From Bacteroidales bacterium (lineage in GTDB: Bacteria > Bacteroidota > Bacteroidia > Bacteroidales > UBA12077), in NCBI GenBank assembly GCA_035269575.1, contig DATFIZ010000103.1:23536-87535 (forward strand): a stretch of DNA of 64,000 nucleotides. The letters run 5' to 3'. Shown here in pieces: positions 29,701-38,867 of the stretch. The first letter of the stretch is position 1. Each line of letters starts with the position of its first letter. The translations under genes and the position numbers were made by a program. The notes beneath the pieces are model-generated. The model did not search any database, was not told where the DNA came from, and saw only the letters and a list, made by a program, of their open reading frames with translations.

Positions 29701-30514
29701 AAATGGGGAAACCATAAACCTTATTGCCATTGATTCGGATATCACTAAATTAAAACTGGCCGAAAAGGAAATTCTTCAACAAAAGAAAGAAATCGAAGAG
29801 CAACGGGATAAGCTGGCCGTTAGCAATGCCACAAAAAATAAATTCTTCAGAATTATTGCGCACGATTTACGAAACCCCATTAGTACTTTGGTTAGCTCAA
29901 CAAATGTGGTTTTCAACGATTTCGACATGTTCAACAGGGAACAAACAAAAAACATTATGGCCCAACTAAACCGTTTGTCCCAAACGACCTTTAATTTGCT
30001 CGAAAATTTGCTCGACTGGTCTTCAACACAGACCGGTGAGGTTGAATTTAATCCCAAACCCGTTGATATTCATTTTGTGGTAAATGAAAATATCGAATTG
30101 ATTAGACGTAAAGTCGAGCATAAAAAGATTGAATTAAATACAGCATTGCCTGATAATCTGAAGGCTTATGCCGATGAAAATATGCTTAAAACGGTTATCA
30201 GGAATCTTCTGTCCAATGCTGTAAAATTTACTCCTGAAAAAGGAACCATAGAAATATTGGCTAAAACAAAGAATGACAGGATAAGCATTACGGTTAAAGA
30301 TACAGGTATCGGTATAGATCCCAACGACTTACCTAAGCTTTTCAGGATAGAGCAACACCATACCACTCCGGGATTGTCCGATGAAAAAGGGTCGGGACTG
30401 GGATTGATACTCTGTAAAGAGTTTGTGGATAAAAATGGCGGAACGATTACGATTGAAAGTAAGCCCAGTAAAGGAACAACAATTACTTTTACACTTAAGA
30501 AATACGAAGAATAG
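26789..30514 (+). CDS. sensor histidine kinase with periplasmic propeller/Y_Y_Y ectodomain, PAS, HisKA and HATPase domains
   Basis: Signal peptide, then about 750 aa of propeller-like repeats. A Y_Y_Y-type module follows (YSFYLEGFDKTWSDW..EYNNLREGNYVFYVKAKS), then one TM (about nt 29128-29190) and a coiled coil. Next come PAS (IAVFTKNGDIEWINDAFSKMYGYT), the H-box FFRIIAHDLRNPIS, the N-box NLLSNAVKFT and the G-boxes DTGIGI and GSGLGL. There is no receiver or AraC domain. Confidence 0.9.
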   Translation: MNKFYKIIFSFFIIIGTLQVSAQIRGLVSSDYYTSEDFNVLPQNWCVTQDQRGLMYFGNSNCLLEYDGVTWRKIFVTNQSNVRSLDVDQQNNIFVGAYNELGLLTPDKKGKLHYKTLTHSIDSQYVDFGDVWNTHCIGEEVFFLTEKTIFRYKNQQFSYWEKSAERFYLSFKVNQRLYIHENGKGLMVFENDSLILVKKGDFFADKRIHSIISLGEKLLVGTRAKGLYLYQQTHSRVDVIPVSQVSESGESLHNYFVKNNLYHGIKINEQLIALASLNGKVLIVDTNFNVVDVIDKQSTGVISPAYYLYFDNNQSLWLALDNGINRIDIFSPFRYWTEDLGVNGNIRDVASLDEYTYIATGSGVFYTKDKKAKQSYSVNQFSPVKGKFEQSWGFLYFFIPDKHLIKGDGNIIQKLETLESPSSDEALLLIATSGGLFQIEKNYSKQISDYHKILKIYQYSRDPSKLVLGLADGVAVLDYANGQWINLGRIFDINEQIRLVEEDSLGSLWLSARHKGLYEIRNPFPKDNRSFEVIFHGEGKGLPSMNFVGIARYNKLLLFNTENNYYRYDCQKDTFVLADGVIQSENSTSEDTTQTESSYDTLSVYKVLDKMITPMYVTTFTDSSIWFGTTEGVFRYRDNNIKNYYDVFPAIIRKVSTKDTVFYYGTNFSGIENAKDTSVQERSISPSTDIDVGTVISYEDNSLIFEYAFPFYDDESENQYSFYLEGFDKTWSDWTTETKREYNNLREGNYVFYVKAKSIYNIESEPAIFKFKVLPPWYRSFAAILGYIIFGILFIIGIVRLYTYRLIREKDKLEEIVVQRTQEILMQKEEILVQAEHLKDANERVRAKNDELEKQKWEITNQAIQLRKANLELLKLSKVASETDNAIAVFTKNGDIEWINDAFSKMYGYTLEQYKKEKCGNIKQSSDSPTINHAIKTCLKEKKSVVYEFKTKSRAGKELWAQTTLTPVVDKNGETINLIAIDSDITKLKLAEKEILQQKKEIEEQRDKLAVSNATKNKFFRIIAHDLRNPISTLVSSTNVVFNDFDMFNREQTKNIMAQLNRLSQTTFNLLENLLDWSSTQTGEVEFNPKPVDIHFVVNENIELIRRKVEHKKIELNTALPDNLKAYADENMLKTVIRNLLSNAVKFTPEKGTIEILAKTKNDRISITVKDTGIGIDPNDLPKLFRIEQHHTTPGLSDEKGSGLGLILCKEFVDKNGGTITIESKPSKGTTITFTLKKYEE

Positions 30515-30515
30515 A

Positions 30516-32468
30516 TTATTTAAAAACTACCCAGCCTCGTACTTTTGAAATTTCATTAATAGCCGAGGTTATTTGCATAAATTCTTTTTGCAGGTTATTT
30601 AATATTTCATGATTCTGCTTATTCTTCTGAGCTTCTTTTAACTTTTCAGAAACTGTGCTTTGAGCAACTTCCAGAATTTTCCGTTTATAAGCAATAATCG
30701 TTTCAGGAACAAGGCGCTTCAGTTTCATTTCTTCGGTTTCGATAAAAACACCCCCCTTTTTAAAAATTTTACTCAAAATATAAGAAGTACTTAATAAGTC
30801 GGCTGCTAGTTTGCTTATTTGAGGGTCGGAATGATAAATAAAGTTTTTGTTTTCAAGTTGCTCACCCCGATTTAAAGCCTCAAGGTACTCCTGAAATATT
30901 TGTTTGTAAATCAGGTTTTTAAACTCAAGATCATCGTTTAGTATCTCATTAATAACGTATTCTGCAACAGAAACATGCCGCGGTTCGTCATATTTATTTT
31001 CCTGATAGCTGTATAATGTATGGTTTCCATAGTGCAATAACAAACGGATAATTTCTTTTTCCTGTGCTTCGGAATAGATATCACTTACAAAAGCAGGGAC
31101 AGAAGGAGATGCGGTTTTATAATGATCTTCCGGTGATACAACCTGCCGCTTGTATTCTTTTTCAACATTCCGTTTACGGATTTTACCAATTTCGCTGTAA
31201 AGCACTTTTTCGTCGATATCTAAAATCCTGCTGCATTCTTTGATATATACGGTACGGGTAATAGTCTCGGGAATTACAGCAATCGAACGAACTACATCCG
31301 TAATTAAGTGAGCCTTTTTTACCGGGTCGTTTTTTGCGTCTTTGGATAAAAGCTTCGTTTTAAACGTGATGAAGTCTTCTTCATTGTTACTGATAAAATC
31401 TAAAAATTCCGACGAGCTTTTTGCTTTGGCAAAAGAATCAGGGTCTTCGCCATCAGGCAACAGCAAAACTTTTACATTTAAACCCTGTTCCAGAATTAAA
31501 TCAATTCCCCTAAGCGAAGCTTTAATACCTGCTTCGTCGCCATCGTAAATGATGGTAACATTTGGAGTAAATCTTTTGATTAACCGAATCTGTTCGACCG
31601 TAAGCGAAGTTCCGGATGAGGCAACCACATTTTCAATCCCTGCCTGATGCATGGAAATAACATCGGTATATCCTTCTACTAAAAAGCAATGATCTTTTTG
31701 TGTAATGGCTTTTTTCGCCTGATACATTCCGTATAAAATACGGCTTTTGTGATATATATCCGATTCTGGAGAGTTGAGGTATTTGGCCGCTTTGGCATCT
31801 TTCTTTAAAATACGTCCGCCAAAACCTACCACATTGCCCGAAAGACTGTGGATAGGAAACATAACACGTCCACGAAACCTGTCGTATTTATCCTGTTCTT
31901 TGACAATAGTTAAACCGGACTTTTCCAGAAAATCTAATTTGTATCCTTTCTCAAGGGCAGCTTTGGTGAAAGCATCTTTATTATCTAAACTATAACCCAG
32001 TTCAAAGGTTTTAATGATATCTTCCCTAAACCCACGCTCTTTAAAATAACTTAATCCTATAGCTCGCCCATCGGTATGTTTATGTAGTTTTTCCTGATAA
32101 TAACTGTTGGCAAATTTTATGACCACCAACAGACTGTCACGTTCGTTTTGTTGTTGAATTTCTTCGGCTGTGAGTTCCTTTTCAACAATCTCAATATGAT
32201 ATTTTTTGGCCAGGTATTTTAAAGCTTCAGGATAGCCTAAATGCTCGTGTTCCATAATAAAATTTACGGCATTGCCTCCTTTTCCACAACCAAAACATTT
32301 ATAAATTCCTTTCGAAGGGGATACAGTAAACGATGGGGTTTTTTCATTATGAAACGGGCATAACCCTAAATAGTTTACTCCTCTTTTTTTTAGGTTCACA
32401 AAATCCTGAACCACATCTACAATCTCTGCAGTGTCAATTATTTTTTGTATGGTATTATAGTCAATCAT
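30516..32468 (-). CDS. dnaG: DNA primase
   Basis: Zinc-ribbon CPFHNEKTPSFTVSPSKGIYKCFGCGKGGN, the RNA polymerase core, and Toprim motifs (VEGYTDVI, YDGDEAG). Confidence 0.92.
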   Translation of the reverse strand: MIDYNTIQKIIDTAEIVDVVQDFVNLKKRGVNYLGLCPFHNEKTPSFTVSPSKGIYKCFGCGKGGNAVNFIMEHEHLGYPEALKYLAKKYHIEIVEKELTAEEIQQQNERDSLLVVIKFANSYYQEKLHKHTDGRAIGLSYFKERGFREDIIKTFELGYSLDNKDAFTKAALEKGYKLDFLEKSGLTIVKEQDKYDRFRGRVMFPIHSLSGNVVGFGGRILKKDAKAAKYLNSPESDIYHKSRILYGMYQAKKAITQKDHCFLVEGYTDVISMHQAGIENVVASSGTSLTVEQIRLIKRFTPNVTIIYDGDEAGIKASLRGIDLILEQGLNVKVLLLPDGEDPDSFAKAKSSSEFLDFISNNEEDFITFKTKLLSKDAKNDPVKKAHLITDVVRSIAVIPETITRTVYIKECSRILDIDEKVLYSEIGKIRKRNVEKEYKRQVVSPEDHYKTASPSVPAFVSDIYSEAQEKEIIRLLLHYGNHTLYSYQENKYDEPRHVSVAEYVINEILNDDLEFKNLIYKQIFQEYLEALNRGEQLENKNFIYHSDPQISKLAADLLSTSYILSKIFKKGGVFIETEEMKLKRLVPETIIAYKRKILEVAQSTVSEKLKEAQKNKQNHEILNNLQKEFMQITSAINEISKVRGWVVFK

Positions 32469-32630
32469 TCTTTACTTTGTGGATAATCAGTCGTTTACGA
32501 ACTTATGAAGTTTCTGCTAAAATACTAAAAATTCAGCCAACATTTTAGTTTGTGTTGGTTTTATATAGATTTTTTATTGTTGTCAGATTTTCATTATTTT
32601 TAGATGTCGAATTAAAAACACCTGGCGATA

Positions 32631-33329
32631 ATGAAGAAACTTGTTGTTTTATCCGGTTCAGGAATTAGTGCGGAAAGTGGCATTAAAACTTTTCGTGATA
32701 TGGGAGGTTTATGGGAAGAGTATGATGTAATGGAAGTTGCCAGTCCGCAGGCCTGGCAAAAAGACCCTGAGCTGGTATTGCGTTTTTATAACGAAAGGCG
32801 TAAAAAATTGTTAGAATCTTCCCCAAATAAAGGGCATCTTGGATTGGTTGAGTTGGAAAAATATTTCGATGTAACCATTATTACCCAAAATGTTGATGAC
32901 TTGCACGAAAGAGCGGGGAGTAAAAATGTGATTCATCTGCATGGTGAAATTCGTAAGGCCAGAAGTACGGTTGACGAAAACCTTATTTACAATATCGAAG
33001 GCTGGGAATTAAAATTAGGCGATAAATGCGAAAAGGGATATCAACTCCGGCCTCATGTTGTATGGTTTGGCGAGCCCGTAAATGCTATTCTCGATGCTGC
33101 TTCTTTTTGCGAAGAAGCGGATATTTTTGTAGTCGTAGGGACTTCGCTAAATGTTTACCCTGCTGCCGGATTAATAGAATATGTTGCGGGTAATGTTCCG
33201 GTTTTTCTGATCGATCCAAATGAAGTAAATACTTCCTGGTATTCACAAATTACCTATATTCCGGAAAAAGCAACGAAAGGTGTTTATAAGCTGACAGAAA
33301 TTCTAAAAGAAAAATATGTTAATGGTTAA
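32631..33329 (+). CDS. cobB: Sir2-family NAD-dependent protein deacylase
   Basis: GSGISAESGIKTFR, TQNVDDLHERAG, HLHG (catalytic His), RPHVVWFGE, VVGTSLNVYPAA. Only 1 of the 4 usual zinc-ribbon Cys is present. Confidence 0.88.
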   Translation: MKKLVVLSGSGISAESGIKTFRDMGGLWEEYDVMEVASPQAWQKDPELVLRFYNERRKKLLESSPNKGHLGLVELEKYFDVTIITQNVDDLHERAGSKNVIHLHGEIRKARSTVDENLIYNIEGWELKLGDKCEKGYQLRPHVVWFGEPVNAILDAASFCEEADIFVVVGTSLNVYPAAGLIEYVAGNVPVFLIDPNEVNTSWYSQITYIPEKATKGVYKLTEILKEKYVNG

Positions 33330-33702
33330 CAAGAATCTTTTGTGTGTCGAGCAGCTTGCTGTCAATCTGTAATGAGCAGAAATACAGACCGTTTTTAAGT
33401 TCTGAGACAGGAATTTTCAATTGTTTCTGATCTTCTTTTAATTCCTTTGAATAAACGATAGCCCCTATGGAATTATATATAACCAGTTTCGCTTCATTAA
33501 CATAAACAATTTCATAATCAACATATAGATAATCGGAAACAGGATTGGGGTATAGTTTTAGTTTCTGTAAATCGGACGGATTAAGCTGAGTCGTATCTTG
33601 TTGTAATTCTTTAGTATAGGAGTTACCTGAGTTTTCTTCCTCCTGAGCAAAAGAAAAATGAATAATAAAAAAAGATAGTATAAAAAGTAGATATTTTTTC
33701 AT
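33319..33702 (-). CDS. small secreted protein consisting of a signal peptide, a short linker and a T9SS C-terminal sorting domain
   Basis: Signal peptide ending FSFAQ. The last roughly 80 aa match the Por/T9SS CTD pattern (LKLYPNPVSDYLYVDY..LVIYNSIGAIVYSKEL..LKNGLYFCSLQI..QKILVNH). Its 3' end overlaps the cobB-like gene by 11 nt, convergently. Confidence 0.65.
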   Translation of the reverse strand: MKKYLLFILSFFIIHFSFAQEEENSGNSYTKELQQDTTQLNPSDLQKLKLYPNPVSDYLYVDYEIVYVNEAKLVIYNSIGAIVYSKELKEDQKQLKIPVSELKNGLYFCSLQIDSKLLDTQKILVNH

Positions 33703-33839
33703 AAGCAGTTATAGTTTCTTTTGTATCTTACAAAATAACAAATATTATACCTAATAATACGGAAACGAATTGTTAAAGTTTATTAATTAAAATTAAAAAA
33801 ACAATATCTTTATCAAAATCGTAATTTAAAAACAAAGTT

Positions 33840-34448
33840 ATGAAGTCATTCATTCTTTTGATAAGTATTTTTTCGCTAACCTTATCATCACTATCTGCAC
33901 AAACTTTTGGCGGGGGATTTCTTGGGGGTGCTTCTCTTTCTCAACTTGACGGGGATACTCATAACGGGTATCATAAAGTTGGACTTACAGCAGGAGCATA
34001 CACATTTACCCAACTCAATAAATATGTGAAAGTTCAACTGGAAGTACGATATACCGAGAAAGGAAGTAAAACAGGCAGTGAAGATCCATTGGATTATTTT
34101 CAATTCAAACTGAATTATATTGAAGTTCCTTTGTTACTTAAATATTCATTTTTACAAAAGTTTCAGGCAGATGTTGGTTTAACAGCAGGCTACTTAGTTA
34201 AGGGAACCAAAGATGATGGGTATGGAGAACTTGAGGCAGACCCGCCTTTTGAACCTTACGAATTTTCTTTTTTAGTTGGTGTGCAATACCAAATACTTGA
34301 AAAGTTACATTTTAATATTCGTTTTAACTACTCTGTTCTTCCCGTCGGTGAACATCCGGGAGGACAAACTTTTCTATTTAACCGGGGGCAATACAACAAT
34401 GTGCTTACCTTTGCTGTTTACTATCAATTGGCAAATTTTGAAAGATAA
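33840..34448 (+). CDS. outer-membrane beta-barrel (porin-family) protein
   Basis: Signal peptide ending SAQ. Alternating-residue beta strands, Gly/Tyr-rich, with an aromatic C-terminal strand (LTFAVYYQL). About 200 aa, consistent with an 8-10 strand barrel. Confidence 0.65.
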   Translation: MKSFILLISIFSLTLSSLSAQTFGGGFLGGASLSQLDGDTHNGYHKVGLTAGAYTFTQLNKYVKVQLEVRYTEKGSKTGSEDPLDYFQFKLNYIEVPLLLKYSFLQKFQADVGLTAGYLVKGTKDDGYGELEADPPFEPYEFSFLVGVQYQILEKLHFNIRFNYSVLPVGEHPGGQTFLFNRGQYNNVLTFAVYYQLANFER

Positions 34449-35023
34449 TGAACAAACAAAAACTAATTATTGCTGTAACCGGAGCCAGTGGTTCCATATA
34501 TGCAAAAACACTGTTGGATAAACTGCTTGCTTTAAATGAACAGATTGAAGCGGTTGGATTGATATTTTCTAAAAATGCAGAGGAGATCTGGCAATACGAA
34601 TTAGAAGATAAATCCTATCAGGATTATCCTTTTAAGAAATATTCCATTACTGATTTTTATGCTCCCTTTGCCAGTGGTTCGTCACGATATGATACAATGA
34701 TTGTTTGCCCCTGTTCCATGGGGATATTAGGGAGAATAGCACACGGAACGTCTGATGATTTAATTACCCGTGCGGCAGATGTAATGTTAAAAGAAAAAAG
34801 AAAATTAATTTTAGTTCCCAGAGAAACACCCTACAACCTTATTCATATTAAGAATATGGAGTTGGTAACTCTGGCCGGGGGTATCATTTGTCCTGCTACC
34901 CCTTCGTTTTATTCCAAACCAGAATCGATACATGAAGTTGCAGGTACAGTAATCGACCGGGTGATTGATCTTGCCGGATTAAAAGTAAATACCACAAGAT
35001 GGGGGAGCGAAGACAATTTTTAA
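34448..35023 (+). CDS. ubiX: flavin prenyltransferase UbiX
   Basis: IAVTGASGSIYA, PCSMGILGRIAHGTSDDLITRAADVMLKEKRKLILVPRETP, collinear with E. coli UbiX. The start overlaps the upstream stop (TAATGA). Confidence 0.88.
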   Translation: MNKQKLIIAVTGASGSIYAKTLLDKLLALNEQIEAVGLIFSKNAEEIWQYELEDKSYQDYPFKKYSITDFYAPFASGSSRYDTMIVCPCSMGILGRIAHGTSDDLITRAADVMLKEKRKLILVPRETPYNLIHIKNMELVTLAGGIICPATPSFYSKPESIHEVAGTVIDRVIDLAGLKVNTTRWGSEDNF

Positions 35024-35113
35024 TGAGCAGCTAACAGAAAAGATTATCATTCAGTCAACCTGATTAATTTATCATAGCTTTGCAAAGCAAATGAAAATTC
35101 TTAATAATTTAAT

Positions 35114-35557
35114 ATGAACCAACCAGATCAACGAATAATACAATTTATTAAAAAGCATCATGTTCTAACCCTGGCAACATCTTATGTGAATATACCTTAT
35201 TGTGCCAATTGTTTCTATGTATATTCTGAAGAAGATAACATGTTAATTTTTACATCAGATTTTGAAACCAAACATATCAGGGATATTTTGAGTCAAAATA
35301 TAGTGGCTGGTTCAATCGTATTAGAAACCAATGTTATTGGCAAGATACAGGGTGTTCAGTTACAGGGGAAAATAACGGAAGCTACAGGCGAAATGCTAAA
35401 AAAAGCCAGGTCAAAATATTTAAAAAGATTTCCTGTAGCCATGTTAATGAAAACAAATCTTTGGACCGTTGAGTTAACTTTTCTTAAATTTACCGATAAT
35501 CGGTTGGGTTTCGGAAAAAAGTTAATTTGGGGCAAAGAACAACCGGCAAAAGAATAA
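35114..35557 (+). CDS. yhbP: YhbP/UPF0306-type pyridoxamine 5'-phosphate oxidase-fold protein
   Basis: Collinear with E. coli YhbP as I recall it: CANCFYVY, IQGVQLQGKI, YLKRFPVA, KFTDNRLGFGKKLIW. Confidence 0.8.
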   Translation: MNQPDQRIIQFIKKHHVLTLATSYVNIPYCANCFYVYSEEDNMLIFTSDFETKHIRDILSQNIVAGSIVLETNVIGKIQGVQLQGKITEATGEMLKKARSKYLKRFPVAMLMKTNLWTVELTFLKFTDNRLGFGKKLIWGKEQPAKE

Positions 35558-35561
35558 CCTT

Positions 35562-36578
35562 ATGATATTTATTACAGGCAGTACAGGATTAATAGGAGCA
35601 CACCTTTTGTATCGATTGGTGCAAAAGGGAGAAAAAGTGAAAGCATTAATACGTAATCCTGATAAGATCGAACAGGTAAAGCATATTTTTTCTTATTATA
35701 CTGAAAATCCAGATCTGTTCATAGAAAAAATTGAATGGGTAACGGGAGATATTCTTGATCCGGCAAGTTATTATAATGCATTAACTGATGTAAGGGAAGT
35801 ATATCATTGTGCCGCTATGGTTTCGTTTGACAAGAAGGATGAACCCGAACTATTAAAAACAAATATCGAAGGTACGGCCAATATGGTAAATGCAAGCCTG
35901 GAACATCGGGTAAAGAAATTCTGTTTTGTCAGTTCTGTGGCAGCCCTGGGAGAATCAGAGAATGGAAAGGCCGTAACGGAAGATGATTATTGGGTCCCTT
36001 CTAAAATCCGTTCGCCTTACGCTATAAGCAAGTTCAAATCAGAGATGGAAGTGTGGCGAGGTATTCAGGAAGGGCTTACGGCTGTCATTGTTAATCCATC
36101 GGTTATTTTAGGTCCCGGATTCTGGAACTCGGGGAGTGGAACAATATTTACCAAAGCAGCTAAAGGAATGCTGTTTTATACCAAAGGGTCAACAGGCTTT
36201 GTGGATGTGCGCGATGTGGTTCATGTTATGATAAAGCTGATGGAAGATGAAATTAAGAATCAACGGTTTATTATAAATGCTGAAAATATTGTTTATAAGG
36301 ATTTATTTGATAGAATTAGTGAAGCGGTTTCGGTTAGGAAACCAAAAGTTGAAGCTACCCGGACGATGCTAAATATCGCCGGTGGAATAGATGGATTGTT
36401 GAGTGCTTTTGGAATAAAAAAGAGAGAGCTTACCAAAGATGTAGTCCGTTCGAGCCTTTCTAAATCCACTTACTCAAACCGAAAGGTAAAAGAATTATTA
36501 ACGTTGGATTTTATTCCTGTGGAAAAAACTATTCGCGAAATGGCTGAACTTTATAGAAGAGATTTAACGGAACGTTAA
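35562..36578 (+). CDS. NAD-dependent epimerase/dehydratase-family (extended SDR) protein
   Basis: ITGSTGLIGAHL Rossmann motif and the YAISK catalytic YxxxK. 338 aa. Confidence 0.8.
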   Translation: MIFITGSTGLIGAHLLYRLVQKGEKVKALIRNPDKIEQVKHIFSYYTENPDLFIEKIEWVTGDILDPASYYNALTDVREVYHCAAMVSFDKKDEPELLKTNIEGTANMVNASLEHRVKKFCFVSSVAALGESENGKAVTEDDYWVPSKIRSPYAISKFKSEMEVWRGIQEGLTAVIVNPSVILGPGFWNSGSGTIFTKAAKGMLFYTKGSTGFVDVRDVVHVMIKLMEDEIKNQRFIINAENIVYKDLFDRISEAVSVRKPKVEATRTMLNIAGGIDGLLSAFGIKKRELTKDVVRSSLSKSTYSNRKVKELLTLDFIPVEKTIREMAELYRRDLTER

Positions 36579-36620
36579 AATAATGCAGGGGATTTAATCC
36601 TGTTTTTACATGTAAATTGA

Positions 36621-38777
36621 ATGATTATGGGAAAAGAAAACAAAAAAAAGAAAACAAAAAAGCAGAGCAAGCGCTTTAATAAAAAAATATTAACCAATGG
36701 GATTATCGGTTATTTTTATGATCATCCTAAAAAGGTTTTAAACTACAAGCAAATAGCCAAACATTTTAACATTAAGGACGAAGGAATAAAAAATCTGATT
36801 AATGCTATTTTGATTGAGTTAAGAGATGAAGGTACGGTTGTGGAGATATCCAGGGGGAAGTATAAATATGTACCACATACCGGAAATGTTACAGGAAAAG
36901 TTGAACTTACCCAAAAAGGAGCCGGGTTTATTATTTCCGAAGAAAGTGATGAGGATATTTTTGTTACTCAATCCAGCTTAAATCATGCCTTAAACGGAGA
37001 TATTGTAAAAGTTCACCTTTTTGCCAAACAGCGTGGGAGAAAACCCGAAGGAGAAGTTGTTGAAATTATCAAACGTGCCAATGAACAAATTGTGGGTGTA
37101 ATTGAAATTTCAAAGAATTTTGCCTTTTTGGTATCGCCCTCGCGCCAGATGCCCTACGATATTTTTGTACCTATCAATAAAATTAAGGATGCACAAGATG
37201 GTGATAAGGTTGTGGTTCGGATTACTGACTGGCCGGCAAAACACAAAAACCCCTTTGGCGAAGTAGTCAGCGTGTTAGGCCAGCCGGGAGTGAATGAAAC
37301 GGAAATGCACGCAATCCTGGCCGAGTTTGGGTTACCTTATGATTTTGACCCCGCGATTGAACATGAAGCCGCGAAAGTACCGGAAAAAATAACCAAAGCT
37401 GATTATGCATCAAGACGCGATTTCAGAGACATTCCTACTTTTACTATTGACCCCGAAGATGCCAAAGATTTCGATGATGCCTTGTCGTTGCAGAAACTGG
37501 AAAACGGGCATTGGCAGGTTGGTGTACATATCGCTGATGTTACCCATTATGTAACGCCGGGAACAGACCTCGATAATGAAGCATATACCCGCGGAACTTC
37601 CGTATATCTGGTTGACAGAGTAGTACCCATGTTGCCTGAGAAACTGTCCAATAAAGTTTGTAGTCTTCGTCCTGACGAAGAAAAGCTTTGTTACAGTATT
37701 GTTTTTGAACTGGACGAAAATGCAGATATTCACGATCAATGGATTGGGAAAACCATTATCAATTCGGATAAACGATTTGCATACGAAAAGGCCCAGCAAA
37801 TTATTGAAGGGAGTGATGGTGAATTGAAAAATGAAATATTCGTTTTAAATGATCTTGCCCGGAAGTTAAGAGCCCGAAGATTTAAAAACGGAGCGATTTC
37901 TTTCGAACGGGTTGAGGTGAAATTTGAACTGGATGACGACGGCAAGCCATTGGGTGTATTCTTTAAAGAGCAAAAAGAGGCCAACCAGCTGATCGAAGAA
38001 TTTATGCTGCTGGCTAATAAAAAAGTGGCCGAATTTATTGGGAAAGTAAAACCCGGACAGAAAGCTAAAACCTTTGTGTACCGTATCCACGATCGTCCCG
38101 ATCCGGAAAAGCTTGAAAAATTTTCCAACTTTATCACAAGATTTGGCTATTCAATCAATACTGCCAGCCATAAACAAATTACTTCGTCGATTAATCATTT
38201 ACTGGATGAAGTACAAGGGAAGAAAGAACAGAATCTTATTGAAAGCCTGGCCGTCCGATCCATGGCTAAGGCGGTTTATTCAACCAAAAATATTGGCCAT
38301 TACGGATTATCCTTTCAGCACTATACTCACTTTACTTCACCCATACGCCGTTACCCGGATATGATGGTACACCGCATGCTAACCGATTACTTAAATGGAG
38401 GTAAAAGCAAAAATAAAAACAAGTATGAGGGAATGTGTAAATATGCTTCCGGGATGGAACAGCGTGCCACCGAAGCCGAACGTTCTTCCATAAAATATAA
38501 ACAGGTTGAGTTTTTAAAAGATAAAATTGGCGAAGATTTCGAAGGGATTATTTCAGGAGTTACCGAATGGGGCTTTTATGTTGAATTAAACGATAGTAAA
38601 TGTGAGGGACTGGTCCATATTCGTGAACTGGATGACGACTATTATTTTTTCGATGAAGATAATTATTCTATTATTGGAAAACGAAATAAAAAAGTGTACC
38701 AATTGGGAGATGCGGTAACGATTAAAATCATGCGGGCCGACTTAGAGAAAAAACAGCTCGATTTTACCCTGGCATAA
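36621..38777 (+). CDS. rnr: ribonuclease R
   Basis: Lys-rich N-terminus, cold-shock-like domains, RNB core (TIDPEDAKDFDDALS, VYLVDRVVPMLP, HYGLSFQHYTHFTSPIRRYPD), and a C-terminal S1 domain (FEGIISGVTEWGFYVEL). Confidence 0.9.
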   Translation: MIMGKENKKKKTKKQSKRFNKKILTNGIIGYFYDHPKKVLNYKQIAKHFNIKDEGIKNLINAILIELRDEGTVVEISRGKYKYVPHTGNVTGKVELTQKGAGFIISEESDEDIFVTQSSLNHALNGDIVKVHLFAKQRGRKPEGEVVEIIKRANEQIVGVIEISKNFAFLVSPSRQMPYDIFVPINKIKDAQDGDKVVVRITDWPAKHKNPFGEVVSVLGQPGVNETEMHAILAEFGLPYDFDPAIEHEAAKVPEKITKADYASRRDFRDIPTFTIDPEDAKDFDDALSLQKLENGHWQVGVHIADVTHYVTPGTDLDNEAYTRGTSVYLVDRVVPMLPEKLSNKVCSLRPDEEKLCYSIVFELDENADIHDQWIGKTIINSDKRFAYEKAQQIIEGSDGELKNEIFVLNDLARKLRARRFKNGAISFERVEVKFELDDDGKPLGVFFKEQKEANQLIEEFMLLANKKVAEFIGKVKPGQKAKTFVYRIHDRPDPEKLEKFSNFITRFGYSINTASHKQITSSINHLLDEVQGKKEQNLIESLAVRSMAKAVYSTKNIGHYGLSFQHYTHFTSPIRRYPDMMVHRMLTDYLNGGKSKNKNKYEGMCKYASGMEQRATEAERSSIKYKQVEFLKDKIGEDFEGIISGVTEWGFYVELNDSKCEGLVHIRELDDDYYFFDEDNYSIIGKRNKKVYQLGDAVTIKIMRADLEKKQLDFTLA

Positions 38778-38803
38778 GGTAATAAAACCGAAGATAATTT
38801 TTT

Positions 38804-38848
38804 AAATGGTTTTAACTTCTTATTAAGCTGAGGTTAAAACCATTTTTA
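38804..38848 (+). terminator. rho-independent terminator after rnr
   Basis: 13-bp stem AAATGGTTTTAAC (38804-38816) / GTTAAAACCATTT (38833-38845), followed by T-rich sequence. Confidence 0.7.
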
Positions 38849-38867
38849 TTTGATGATAGTAAATCAG

